From assembly GCA_010093605.1 (NCBI GenBank), contig MU004197.1, forward strand, positions 992,001 to 1,056,000: DNA of 64,000 nucleotides, given 5' to 3'. A program made the position numbers and the translations under genes. A model generated the notes under the pieces. It saw only the letters and a list, made by a program, of their open reading frames with translations. It searched no databases and had not been told where the DNA came from. This DNA comes from Lophium mytilinum (taxonomy: Eukaryota). Below are positions 13,109 to 26,234 of the stretch, in pieces. Position 1 is the first letter of the stretch. Every line of letters begins with the position of its first letter.

Positions 13109-13811
13109 GCTGGCAATGGACAGGCAGGAAGTAATTGACCCGGCGTTCAAAAGTATATACCCATCAAAATTAGTCCAATGCCTTGAGCAAGCTTGAAACT
13201 GTTCACATGAAAATCCTCTAAGCCTTGTCATCCAGGTGAGTGTTGAGTTATTGCTCCTAAGTGTCATGAACATCATTGGGCTGTCCGGCAGCACTTCCTC
13301 TCTATTTCTTCGTCGCGGTTCTTCATTCGCTCTGCTATCATATAGTGGTGCGAGGCTCTATTCACGTTTTAACCTTTGGGTTGACCTCAGACGCTCATCG
13401 AACGTTTCGTACACTATCTGCTTTCTGTGTGTGACGCAGTTTATATATGCACGCCTGTACTTGAAATGGACTTTTGTAGGTCAGCATAGACTTACACAAA
13501 AGATCCGAGGCTACGTCCCACGATGCTTCTTGAAGATATCGATATCTGCGGTTCCTAGCTATCATCGGAGCGGTCCCCGAAAGACGGTGAATTGGCGGCC
13601 GTCAGCGCAAACGGCGGTCTGCCGTGACCTCATCATCAAACTCTCAACCTTAACCTCAGCTTCTGTTCCAACGCCCACGACACCCAGGGCTCACTTCATC
13701 AACGCCAGAGCTGCTCCTGACATCGAGGGACAAGACAAGGTGAGGCCTCCTCATGACACCTTCGAGCTGCAATAACTGATCTTCTCTCGCAGTTCAGTCG
13801 TGTCCGCCGCG

Positions 13812-14584
13812 ATGGAGGAGACACCTCCGGCTCACCGCACGCTCCGCGTCACAGAGCTTCTGGAGCTTATCCTCCTCGAACTCTCCGTTCAAGACATCTT
13901 TCAAGCCCAGCGAGTCTCCAAGCAGTGGAAGGCTGTCATCGAAAGCTCCTTGCCACTTCAGCAAGCCATGTGGCTAGCACCCCGAATGCCCTCTTCCCCT
14001 CCGGCTCAGTACGAGGAGGTTGGCATTCCTGCTCACTGCCGGCTGAACACTGTGTTACACAGCATAGACAGCCCGTGCTGTGTCATCGCCACCAAACACT
14101 TCAACCCCAACCTACGGCTATTTGCAGATGGATGTCGCATCAAGCTGATGACAAAGGGCGGCCTGTGCCTGCGCATGACAGAGGAAAACGTGTTGGTCGT
14201 TTCGAACCCGAGCGATTTCGAGCGATTCTTCGGTGCTGTCCGTTCGACGGGAGAGAACAAGGTGACTTGGGAGGATATGCAGCTCTGCGACCCGCCAGTC
14301 ACACGCTTCGGGTTGAGCATCGTAGACCCAATGAAGTCAGTGGCATATGTTGACGGCATGCCAAAGGTGCACAACGAAAGCGGAATACGCATGGGAGAGC
14401 TGATGAAGGTGCTGCTCTGGGCCCAAGAGAGATTCGCACACGTCCTGGTGGAGCAAAAGAAACCTTTGGTGTTTGAATATGCTACGATGAGGCAGTTGGC
14501 CAGTCGAATGGTAAGCGCCACTACTTTCATCTCTACCTTTGGTTCACATTGCTAACAGCACATCAGGGGGTCTCCCTCAAGTAG
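13812..14584 (+). CDS. F-box-like protein (paralog of 32345-32959)
   Basis: HRTLRVTELLELILLELSVQDIFQAQRVSKQWKAVIESSLPLQQAMWLAP is a fungal F-box-like N-terminus. Also W-x-x-MQLCDPP and HNESGIRM. A likely last intron starts at 14511 (GTAAGC...GCTAAC...CAG), so the exact end is uncertain. Confidence 0.75.
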
Positions 14585-16446
14585 TGATTTTTGGAGAAGT
14601 CTGGCAAGCTGATGTACATCGTGTTGGAATGCTTCCGGGGGGTTATCTGTACATAACCGGCGAACTCTTAGCACCACCTCAGATATCGAGAATGTTGATA
14701 TACCTGCGCAAATGCACAGCGTCTTCAATATCTCATTGAACAGCGTGATATTGAAGTGCTACTTAATACACATTACTAGGTCATGGCCCAGGCGCACGGA
14801 TATACCACCATCTCCGACTCTGATCTTGTTCGCTCGACACCAACGCCCATTCTTCGGTGCAGTCCTGGACGATACACAGAGAATCAATCTAACGTATCGG
14901 TAACGAAGTTGTCGAGTAAAGATGAGGTCTTCTTGGAAAATGTGACGTAGGGAAGTCCAGTGGGATGTTCGTGCATAGCTAGCTCAGCGTCGCACTTTCT
15001 GCTCGGATGAAATCCCCAGTTGCCTAATGTGACTCCGTGTGAAATACGCAGACGGCCTTTGCTCGTCATCTCCAAGGCTCGAGTACGGCTGCAGTCGGTG
15101 TGATGCTCTGATTCGAGGCAGGAGCGTAGGCACTCGCGGACAAACTCGAGACCTTTTGGGTCCGAGGTTTTCGGCTTCTCAATAACCTCTCTCTATGTTA
15201 GTGAGTGGAATAAGCTTCCTGGAGAGTGTCGTGACTGGTTTAGGTCGCTTGGGCAAGCTTTTGATACCCTTTGATTCTCAGCCTGACTGCGGTTTCAGCC
15301 ACGTACTAGGTCGGAACGGGCACGTAGGAACCTGTATGAGGTTTAACATCGCCAATCCGCTCTCACGTACCTTGACCATAACATTTGTGTACGAAATCGT
15401 ACATGGGAATAGCATCCTCTTCTGGCAGATTGAAACATTGATAGACGAGGAAGGACGTTCAATCTAAAGAAAAAGGAAGACGAGACAACAACTCGACCAG
15501 CGTCGAACGGTACTGAAACCTACTACTTGGAGCCACTCAGACTGCATGCTCTAGTTTCGTGATATAAGTATTGTTCACTGTTATGTAAGGATGGTGAAGA
15601 GAAGTTTAGCCAGCCCTTGCATTAAACGTTATCACCACGTGACCTTGACCCGACTCAGCTCCCCTTCACTGATTGGTCCACCCTAGAAACACCTACAGAA
15701 CCAAGGAACCACCGTAGATAGGCTTCAAGCCCGGCCGCAAGGCATGATCACTGAGACAACCATGGTTGCCTAGAAGCCAGGTGGCACACAATAACAGATG
15801 CCAGCCCACTTGAACCACAGTACGACAGCCTCGCGACCGGCGCTGCTACCATAGAAACCACTCCAATAAAAGAAAGTGAATGCTAACCATCACCATCATC
15901 AATAAACCGCATCACCAGGAAGCGCGCATTCCACACGTAGAAGTGGCTAGAACAGCGCGCAAAGCAACCGCGCATACCAACAGAAGGTTGGGCGGCGCGG
16001 CGGGAGGGAGAGGCTCTCGCCTTGCACTAATTTCAATCACAACCCCTCGCTAGAAACAAGGGCAAACGCAGCGCAGAGGCCTGCGCCGAAACACCACACC
16101 TCTCCCAACACTACCAGTGCCCAACCCGCCCGCTCTCCGCCCGCCCACGATTCCATCACAACACGACCACCACCCCATCATGCAATCCACGGCAGCCCGC
16201 TAGAACGACTCTCCCGCTCACGCGCTATCCATCGACAGGCTTTTCGCCGATTTTCAGTCGCTTTTGCGGCCGCTACGCGCTGCTGCACCCTCCGGGCGGC
16301 CCTGCTGTGGCGACCGCGACCGGTCGCAGGATTTTTGCCCGGTGCTGACGGCTACCCGGCGCGGACTCACGGCTGCGCAGGTGGTGCACCGACCCGACAA
16401 AGAGTCATTTCATTCACAACACGACACACGCCACTACTGAGGCAGC

Positions 16447-18464
16447 ATGACGCAACGGGTTACCGCGCAGCGCTTTCGCCAGCGCAAGCTGTCGACCAAG
16501 CAGAATCTCGCCGTCCTGCGCGAAAACGAAGTCGAGCAGCAGCTGGACGACGACGCGCAGCGGCACATTCCCAAGGTCGAAACTGGCGTTGAGAAGGGCG
16601 AGGAGATTGTAAGTTGTCGCGCGCCTTCCCGCTTTCAGCCGCCCCGCCGCGTTACACCCCCTTTCTTTCGCCTCAATCAGGCAAGACCACATCGCCGTCG
16701 AATCACGTGAACGCTCTCACGTGTTCTCAACTGACTTACCACCTCCAATCCATTTTATGTTCTGACTTACCGTCGCATCTCGATACTAATGTTCTGCATA
16801 GGAACACCACTTACAGGCTGTCATCTCCGCGTCCCAAGCCGCAGCAACCGGCGGGAAGGTCGCCCAGCTCTACATTCCCACCCCAGATGCTGTTGCCAGC
16901 AAACTCTCTTACGAGGATCTCTATGTCCTGAAGTACAACCAACCCGCCACCTATATCCGCTTCTCGTCCACCGTCGAAGACTGCGTAGGATGTCCGTACT
17001 GCATGGACCTAGAGGACAAGGCGTTCCTCAAGTCCATGAACGAGCGTATCGTCGGCCACAAGAAAGGCAGAGCCGCCCAGGCCGCCATATGCAGCGACGA
17101 TGAGTTCGAAGAGGTCATGAACTTCTTTGAGGAGACATCCCAGACCAAGCAGCCCTACGCCGCCGTCGACAGTCCTCCTGTGATCACCTACGATGAAATG
17201 GAGGCTGAGTTCGATGAGACCATCAGCATCTCGGCTCGCAATTTCGCAAAGGACATCTATGAGCACTGGAAAGCCCAGCGATCAGCGACAGGAAACCGCA
17301 GTCTGATGCCGACGCTCAAGTTTGAGAGAAACATTGAAACGGACGATGCTGATCCCTATGTGTGCTTCCGACGACGCGAGGTACGACAGATTCGGAAGAC
17401 GCGTGGCAGAGATGCACAGATTACCGAGAAACTCAAGAAACTGAGAAAGGAACTGGAGGATGCGCGACATCTTATGGCTCAAGTGAGGCGGAGGGAAGGC
17501 ATGAGCCAGGAATCGTTGGCCTTCGATAGAGATGTCTTCGACAAACGTCTTACTCTTAAAGACCACAAAAGGAAATTGGGTATCAAGGAAAACGACGAAG
17601 ACCTCATCACCCAAAAGGTATGTTCGAGGCTTGTCCTCTCAAATATCAACTTACTAACGAACATCGCAGCCCGCCCCCCGACCGAAACCCAGGGTGGATC
17701 CGTCTGCAATGCAGCGCGGTATTCCTGGCATGGTCCAGAAACCCCAGATTGCACGTGCTGATGGTCGCCCCTTCGATTCAGACCTGGTGTCTTTGCAGGA
17801 GCAGGAAGAGAAGCGAGAGAAGGGCATCCAGGCCTTCATCGACGAGCACAAGGAGAAGCACCGCAAGTGGAACGAGAATTGGCAGGACGAGACCTGGAGA
17901 CCCATCACACCACCGCTCGAGACCGCCTTATCGAGGAGCACCTTTGTTCCCGTAAGAGTCGAGCAACTGCCCACGCCTCCAGCATCCGTATCGTCCGAAA
18001 CTTCTGGTGAAAATCAAGTTGCTGACCAAAGACCAAACAAGCGTAGGACGCCCGGTGTGACAGGAAGTGGTATGGAACTGCGTAGCCACAGGTTCTCTCC
18101 ACCACCAGAGGATGTTCCCTGGGCTGAGATTCCACGATTCCGAGCCCGCACTGGTCGAGGCGGAAGACTCATGATTGACCGTCGTGGCCACCTGGAGCGC
18201 AAGGAATACGACCTCCGAGGCGGAAGACGACCCTGGGAGGAAGAGCGTCGTGCAGATTTGTACAAGTACGCGGGTGACAGTAGCGAGGACGAGCAGGAGA
18301 TGAAGGTTGACCACAACGACAACCTCCATATCCGATATCGCATGATGCTGGAGAGGAGCGGAGAGAAGGGGCAGGCGTCAGCCCAGTCGAGGAGGAGCAT
18401 AGCCCCCATTCAACATTATCGATCGCCATCCGGAGGCCACCTCGTCCCACCCTCAACCGGCTGA
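16447..18464 (+). CDS. EPL1: Enhancer of polycomb-like protein 1 (NuA4 subunit)
   Basis: Motifs RFRQRKLSTKQNL, VETGVEKGEE|EHHLQ, YIPTP, YIRFSSTVEDC, YCMDLED and DPYVCFRRREVRQIRKTR. Introns near 16609-16802 and 17618-17670. Confidence 0.95.
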
Positions 18465-18831
18465 AGAAGCGCATTCTTTCCCGTGTCGATACCCCGGTTG
18501 TTATTTTGGAAACCATGTCCTCAAGCAAGAGACATGGTACTGCACTTCGAGGATGTGGCTTATTTCTGTTCCGCTGAAGGAGCGTCCGAATGTTGAATCC
18601 ATGAGCGTGTATCATATACAATAGTCCTCCATGGATTTGCAAGCGGAGACAGATGGATCAAACCGAGCCCAATGGCTTGCGATGGATTCTTAAGATACCT
18701 ATGAGCGTGTAGATTAGTAGCCATCAGTGGCAAGCAAAGAAACAATAACAAATGTTGCTCACCTGAGCGTCTACCAATAACCTTTTTTTGGCCCCTCTGA
18801 TTGCTGGTATTCTCAGACTGATTGGGAGCAC

Positions 18832-20449
18832 TCAAACTCTCCTCTTCTTGTTCGGACCTGTGTACAAGGCAGCTCCGTCGTTCCTTTTCTCGGGTTTCTT
18901 CGTGAAGGGTGAAAAGACAGTCAATGCCTTCATGGCCTCGCTCAAGATGTGTTTTTCTCCGTGCCGCACGTCCTTCGCCATAGCCCTCCTCTTTTCGCTC
19001 ACGGACAGTTGATGCGATTCGCCTATTTGATTCCGGAAATTTGAAATTTCAGAGAAGTCCTCTGCGAGCGTTGTGGGGTATTGAGCGGCTCTGGCCTGGA
19101 CGATTTTGAGAAGTGTTTCGGCTCCGTTGGGAGATAGTGTCTCTGTCGACATAAGACTGTTCTTCTTGCGCCTAGCCCATTCGGCCTCTGGAAGCAGCAA
19201 GCTCTCGACCAGGACGATCAAGTCTGGAGACAGCACGCTGGCTATTGAAGTATGAATGGATGGAGCTGAAATATCGTAGCCAGAGCTAGCAACGCCTCGT
19301 TCGTCCAGATACTCGATCTACGTTGTTTAGAAAAGGAGGACATACAGTCAAATCGAGTACAACTTACTCGGCTTTCGATAGAAGATTGATTTATTTTGCC
19401 CTCATTCTTAATGATATCGCAAACGAGCTCAAGCGAGATTTCAACGACGTCATATGGGGTATAGTTGTCGGTGATGTAGCCATATCGTCGAAGCAAATCG
19501 GAGCGCGGCAATGGTCCATAATCATTGAAGATTTCATCGCCAGTCTTGATAGGTTTCAAGGCTTTCATGGTAAGCACCTCGTCTTCGTAGAAAAGTCTAG
19601 CCTAGTAGGAGTTAGCTGTATTCTGTCTTTGAGAACGTATCTCACACTTACGTTGTTCCAGTCTGCATCGGCATTCAGCATATCGGCTAGTGGCACCATG
19701 CCTTTCGGCAAAGCCTCATCTTCATCCTCGGACACGTATCCGTCTTCATCTGCCTCTTTCTCCGTCTCAACAGGCTCTATGTCGAAAGCATACGCCATGA
19801 TAGTGGATCCCATCCTGTGAGCCAAAGTCACCAAGTCCGGGTCAGTCAGTTGCATGTTCGCTCCGGCAAAGAAGGTATCCGCGTGTTCCCTGATTAGAGG
19901 CACCAATAGCTCTTCAAAGGTCTTGTCTGCGTCCGTTTTGCCAATCTTTTCGCGTACAGCGCTAGCTTGGAGCTCCGCGAGTTCCTCCTCGTTCCAGAAC
20001 ATAAGCGTGTCAAACTCGGCGGGGAGGATGTCGAAATAGGGTTTCCAAATAGAGCTCGAGCCTTGGAGGTACTCGTAGATCATAACGACAATCAAGGAAA
20101 GCCATGGATCGAGTTCGGTGAAGAGGCTAGGTGCCTTCTTACTGAGCTGCGAATTCTCAACACTGAGGACGGAGGTGCGGGGAATGCTGAAGAGAAGCTC
20201 GTCCTCTTCTATATCTGAGGTAGCAACTGTATGGGAAGTCAGCCAGTGAGCTCTACCAGTATCTTGAGAAAGTAAAGGTGCGGGGAAGCTCCGGGTGGAG
20301 GGCAATTCAAGGCAATGTGACCTACCTACGCCGCGTCCGGCATCCTTTTGCCGCAAGTCCCGAAGTGCGATTTTGTTGCTTATTGTGGCCGAAGAATTGT
20401 TCAACCAGGCCATGAAGGTCTCAGACTTCGAGTGGAAATCGTCGGCCAT
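18832..20449 (-). CDS. RKM4: SET-domain N-lysine methyltransferase (RKM4/SETD6-like) with C-terminal Rubisco-LSMT-type substrate-binding region
   Basis: Motifs DAGRG, ELLFSIPR, WKPYFDILP, MVPLADMLNAD, GDEIFNDYGPLPRSDLLRRYGY and QYPTTLAED. At least 3 introns. Confidence 0.85.
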
Positions 20450-20995
20450 TTTCGTGAAGAGCAGCTGAAGTGTGGGAAGTTTGTATGGAGGAGGAGTAGA
20501 ATATTAGTGACCGCCTCGTGGACATTTTAGCTAGCGGAGCCAAGCCTATTTCCTATTGGCTTACTTGACCTCACCGTGAGCTCCATCATAAAAACTTGGA
20601 GCGCGACTCTTTTCGCGCCTTTGCGGGACATTACTCGAGTTCCTGGAGTTTGAAGGCACACTGAGTAGAGCTTTTTGGTGGTCTTTCTACTCTCAGCTGC
20701 AGAGCTTTACCAACTTTTGACACTTAAAGTCACAGAAAGGTCCGGGGCGCGCCATTTTAGGCAGAGAATTGGTGCTCCTATCAGTCCTTCAAACAGCAAT
20801 AGAACACTCCAGATAGCCTGAGCTGGAACTCTTCATCTTCTTGTTCTTTCATTAATACTCCGAATCCTTCGCGCCTACAACCTCAAAACACCAAAAATAA
20901 ATTTCTTATCGATAACGCCCAATCTCAAAGTTGTCCCTCACTTGTTCCCCTCCACCCCTCCAAATACCATTTGAGATTCCATACCCAACGCCACC

Positions 20996-22151
20996 ATGAT
21001 TGCCCTTGGCCTCGAAGGCAGCGCCAACAAGCTCGGCGTAGGCATAATCTCGCACCCTTCCCCCTCCAAACCCCCCCTCATCCTCGCCAACCTCCGCCAC
21101 ACCTATAACTCCCCGCCCGGTGAAGGCTTCCTCCCAAAAGACACCGCAAAGCATCACCGAGCATGGGTGGTGCGACTCGTAAAACAAGCAATACGCCAAG
21201 CCGGCGTGAAAGTTGAAGACATAAGCTGTATATGCTACACCAAGGGCCCTGGGATGGGCGCGCCGCTGCAGAGCGTAGCAATCGCTGCGCGTACACTCGC
21301 GCTACTCTGGGGGAAAGAACTGATCGGGGTAAACCACTGTATAGGACGTAAGGCCCATCCCTCCATATCTCTATTATCTTCAAACTTCAACATCGAGCTG
21401 ACATGCACCCTCTTCGTGTCCTGTAGACATCGAAATGGGCCGCGCAATAACCCACGCCCCCAACCCCATCGTCCTCTACGTCTCGGGCGGCAACACCCAA
21501 GTCATCGCCTACTCCCACCGCCGCTACCGCATCTTCGGCGAAGCGCTCGACCTCGCCGTCGGCAACTGCCTCGACCGCTTTGCGCGCACGCTCATGATTC
21601 CTAATAACCCCGCGCCGGGGTACAACATTGAACAACTCGCGAAGAAAGGGAAGCATCTCATCGACCTCCCGTACGCTGTCAAAGGCATGGATGCGAGTTT
21701 CTCCGGCATCCTCGCTGCGGCAGACATACTGGCGGCGCAAATCTCCGAAGATTTGGACGACGCGAAGAGGTTGAAGGCGGAAGATGGAGAATTAGTTACA
21801 AAAGCGGATCTGTGCTTTTCACTGCAGGAGACGGTGTTTGCGATGTTGGTTGAGATTACGGAGCGCGCGATGGCGCATGTGGGTTCGAGGGAAGTACTCA
21901 TAGTAGGCGGCGTGGGCTGTAATGAGCGGTTACAGGAAATGATGGCGCTGATGGCTAAAGATCGGGGCGGGAGCGTGTTTGCCACCGATGAGCGGTTTTG
22001 CATTGACAATGGGATTATGATTGCGCATGCAGGGCTATTGGCGTATGAGACTGGGATAAAGATGCCGTTAGAAAATAGCACATGCACGCAGAGATATCGG
22101 ACGGATGAGGTGTTTGTCGCTTGGAGAGACCAGGACACAGCTTCAAGCTAA
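20996..22151 (+). CDS. KAE1: tRNA N6-adenosine threonylcarbamoyltransferase (KEOPS)
   Basis: [78 protein letters not shown]. One intron near 21348-21426. Confidence 0.97.
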
Positions 22152-22633
22152 CGTTTATGGCACTTGGAATTATTTGCATATAAGAGGCACATCAGGCGCA
22201 CTGGGTAGGCTTGGATGGCAAGAAGTTTTGCATTCTTCGGCTGCCAGGAACGTCCGGTCGTTATTATTAAAAATCGACAAGAAAGTAGGTTGAGGTCAAT
22301 CAAGGGTCGAAACAAATGCAGCACTTAGGTACTGTCTGTTGAGAGCTAAATCTCACTCCCTACCCCAACGGTATTGAGATCAAAGCAAAACCGACAGAAA
22401 TCTATCCCCTGTCCGTGTCACCTTGCATATGCCCAATGAACTTCCTCTTTTTCATACTAGAAGCCCGAACCCGAAGTACCTCCCGCACATCATGTGCAGG
22501 AGATGTCCTAATTAGTGAACCAGCCATCTACAAGTCAAAAGTAAAACGCCCGTAATCATGATCATGTGTCGTATCGCTGCGTTCCTTGCAAAGTATGCAA
22601 AGACAAATGCCACCCCGCTTCATACTGTCTCGT

Positions 22634-24464
22634 TCAGCCCCCGGTAGCGTTCGTTGGCTTATACATGATCGTAGTTAAGAACTACGGTATCATAAGTAAT
22701 CTGAGCGTTCAAGTGGATCGTTGGATTCGGGAAACACACCTTGCGCTTATACCTGGTCGTAGCACTTGTAGCCAAAACGTTGTTCTTGATGCTACTGGTG
22801 GATAGATGGTTTAGGACGGTGTGATTTGGCATCACCAACACACTGCTGTCATCTTTCATCGGAGTGGGGATATTCAGAATACTCTTCCCGAGAAATCCAG
22901 GAAGCGAAGGTGGCGTTGGTAGATTGCTGACTGCTGTGTTAGCACGCGATTGTCTCGACGAATCTTCAGGCAAATCCAAGTCGGCCAAGTACCGCGGTAT
23001 TATTTGGTGATAATGCTTGGGCGATGAGGGTGCGACTGGGACGGCCTGACTGGGCGGATGGGGCTCAGACACGGGTGGCAACGGCGACTTCGGCTCAGAG
23101 AGCTGCGTCTCCGACTCGGGGGGTAAGACCTGAGGCGGGTAGATGCCGTCTGGTGCTTTAAGTTCTGTGACAGGTGTGGGTTCCGGTAGCTCTGCCGCTG
23201 GGGTCACTGCGTCCTCGGCTTGTGGAAGATCGTCAGGTGAGACTTCGATGTAATTCACCAGGATGTTGGTAAAGTCAACTGCCGTCGGAAGGTTGTCGGA
23301 TAGTCGCATGTCGCCGTCAACGATGAACTTGAGGTGATGAGTCCCCGGGTTGAGGTGGATGATAGCGGACAGGGCATCTTTATGTGGACTAGGACCCCTA
23401 CAGGTGGAGGTAAAGTTAGCTGAACGTGTAACACGTAACGAAAGTCAAAAAAAGCTTGCTGATGCACGAAGATGGGCTGAGACCTGGTAATGCATGCTTA
23501 AGGTGGGTTTCGAACTCGGAATCGATAAGGAACAGGCTGCTGAGCGGATAGGCGCATGGGAAAAGCTGCATATACAATATGATGCAAACGAAGCTTAAAA
23601 AGGTCGAAATAGGCATTGAAGGAAAACATACTGCACAGGAGATATCACGTACCCTCGATGTAGCCGATATTTCCTATCCCAGGCTGCGAATGTGCCCGTC
23701 ACGTAGACCTTCTCGCCCTCGCCTATCCACTCAATGAGAGTAGGCACTGCCTGTTGGTCAGGCTCGCCCTCCAGACCTGTCAGCCCATCGCCCACATCAT
23801 CGTCGTCCACTGTAGTGTTGCTGAGGACCGAGGTCCGGCGCGGTATTATGCCATCGATGTCTATAGGGTCGAGCGGGGTTGTAAAGTCGGCGGGGGAGAT
23901 GATGGGCGAGCCCGGCGTGTGCACCTCCTCCTCAATGGGCAGCGGGAGGCGCGGCGGGCGGCTGAACTGAGACTGCGAGGGTGGGACATAGTAGGCCTCT
24001 GCTGAAGACACGGCGGGCTCTGAACTTATAACGTCGTAGCGGGGGTGGCTGTCGTTGGCGGGCGCAGGGACGTCGACGGGCTTGCTGGACGGTGCTTCAT
24101 GCTGAGACGGCGACGGGGCGCGAGGTGGTATATCCCGTGAGTTGTCGTTCCCCATGGTGTCTTTGACAGGCCGTTCTCTCAGCGCGAGGTTGTGGAGACT
24201 GGGAGGAATGGTGGTGGCGGCGGCAGTCTGGGCGCGCCCCCTCGAGGACGGACGTAGGGTGGACGAGTGGGCCGTTTCCAGACTTGCACTAGGAGGGGCC
24301 GCAGTGGCTTTGACATTGCTCAAAGCCTGGATGCTCTCGCGCCGCCGTGGCTCGCGACGTACTGAGTGGAAAGTCGGGGCTCCATGCGATCCAGACGCTG
24401 AGACAGGCGATTGGGGACTGCTCGTCGGGGTGTTTGAACGAGGCTGGCTCGGTGAATTTCCCAT
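22634..24464 (-). CDS. GAL83: SNF1/AMPK beta subunit (GAL83/SIP2-like)
   Basis: N-terminal MGNSPS (myristoylation-type). CBM48 region: VPTLIEW..GEKVYVTGTFAAW, GTHHLKFIVDG, LPTAVDFTNILVNYIEV. C-terminal ASC domain: PPSLPGFL, PNHTVLNHL, TTRYKRK|FLTTIMYKP. Two introns. Confidence 0.95.
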
Positions 24465-25478
24465 GGCCTCAAGCAGCTGTAAGAATAGCTCGGCCGGCGG
24501 GAGGAGAGCCTACCGCGTCTGCAGGAGTGGTGAGGTTTGGGAGAGGCGGAACGAAGCATATATGAACCGAAGCTATCTAGCTGCAAGGGTTCGCTGATTG
24601 GGGGGCCTGGTAAACTGGCGACACTAAGCATGCAGATATATGTATTTATAGGAGTACCAGTTGCTGCAGTAGATGTGGAGGCTCATCCTCACAATCTAGA
24701 GCTGCTCAATGGGCTTCTACAAAACTGTAAACCGTCACTTTGGGCACCTGGGAAGCTCGCCAACCGACGTTAGATAGTGTTATCCTGTTTGTCTGTAGAT
24801 TGAAATGCACTTGCGACGCCAACAGGCGGGGCATGCAAAAGGTGGCACTCTATTCTACCTTTTGTACCCCTGTTTGTTGCTGCATGTGGTGCCTAACGCA
24901 TTGTTAAAAATATAAAGAAGATAGAAAGTCTTAGCTTTAGGCTATTCATAAGCTTGTTAAGGTACTCCAAGCAGTGGCAGACCTAAGTGCCTACTGTACC
25001 TACTAGGTAGAACAGCAATACAAAGCAAGAGCACGTGAAAGATAAGTAGCAGTAGAAACTAGTAGTCTACAAATCTGTGAGGTGTACCTACTACGTCTAT
25101 ACTTGTCTAGCACCGTTAGAGGTCCTTTAGTATACTATTGCTTCTCATAAAATACCAGCTTTGGCAAGCCTAATAGCTCGTCGGGCCAGCTCACACAGTG
25201 TTGAACTGTTGTAGTGTGCCACTTTCTTCACGCCTAGCGTGGCCAAATGTTCAGTTTACAGCTCCCCAACTAGCGGGGACTTCTTACATATCAACCTCCC
25301 CAGTTCACCCACCGCACTTGCTGCACTATGGCTGCATCACGTCCCCTTCGCCTCGATATGAAGCGCGCATCTCGCGTTGTTGGAACAGAACCGTCTCTTC
25401 ACCTTGTCAACTCCGCTGGAACGGCCGCGAAAACCTAAGCATCAACGCAAAGCTTGCCGTGTCCGTCACTCCACCAAC

Positions 25479-26030
25479 ATGGAATCCCCAAATTGGCTTT
25501 CCACGACACTGAGCGTGCTCTACTACATCATATTGTTACCCATCGTGAAGCTCACCCAATTCATACTACTAGTACTGCTTCCGCTTTGGCGGCTCATCCA
25601 GTGGATCCTTCTACCAGTCACGCATCTCGCGAGGGTGCTTCTCGGAGTGGCTCTCTTCCCATTTCACGCGCAATTGCTTAGCAGATTCGAGGTACCTTGA
25701 TGCCCCAGCTCCAATACGAGATCTTGCCTGACAGCAATACAGACTCTATACATTTATCTCGGAGTCGCGGGTCTAGTTGGCTCGATAACCGGCCTCATCC
25801 TCTTCACGTGCTTCAACTTCCTCTCCACTATCCTCCGAATTGACGCTGCGACCGAAGACAAGCAAGCCCAAGGGATGACAGCGGCATCGTATCGTGCTGC
25901 AAGGCGTCGGAAACAAGCCATCCAACCCGCCTATCCATTGAGTCCGACCGTGCTGAAGGAAGAGGTTACTGGCCCCCATCGAAACCTACTCGCTCAAACC
26001 ATTGTCGAGGAAGAGGATTCAGATCTATAA
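25479..26030 (+). CDS. Small membrane protein of unknown function (two exons, ~166 aa)
   Basis: ATG 25479 opens a hydrophobic exon 1 ending LSRFE. Intron ~25692-25742. Exon 2 reads TLYIYLGVAGLVGSITGLILF...QTIVEEEDSDL-TAA in one continuous frame. Confidence 0.7.
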
Positions 26031-26234
26031 TAGTGGGGGAAGAAATGCTGCTCTAATGATACCTGAATACAAGAATAGAAAGAAATACCCGTCGCCTTCG
26101 TATATGGTAGTGACATTCAACAAGAGCACCGTTTCTATGCTCGTCTCGCTTCGCTTCTATCCGGTATTTTTGGTGTCCATCATAACGGCGCTTTCGCTAG
26201 TTGCTGCTCTGGGACGGCCGATGACACATAGACA

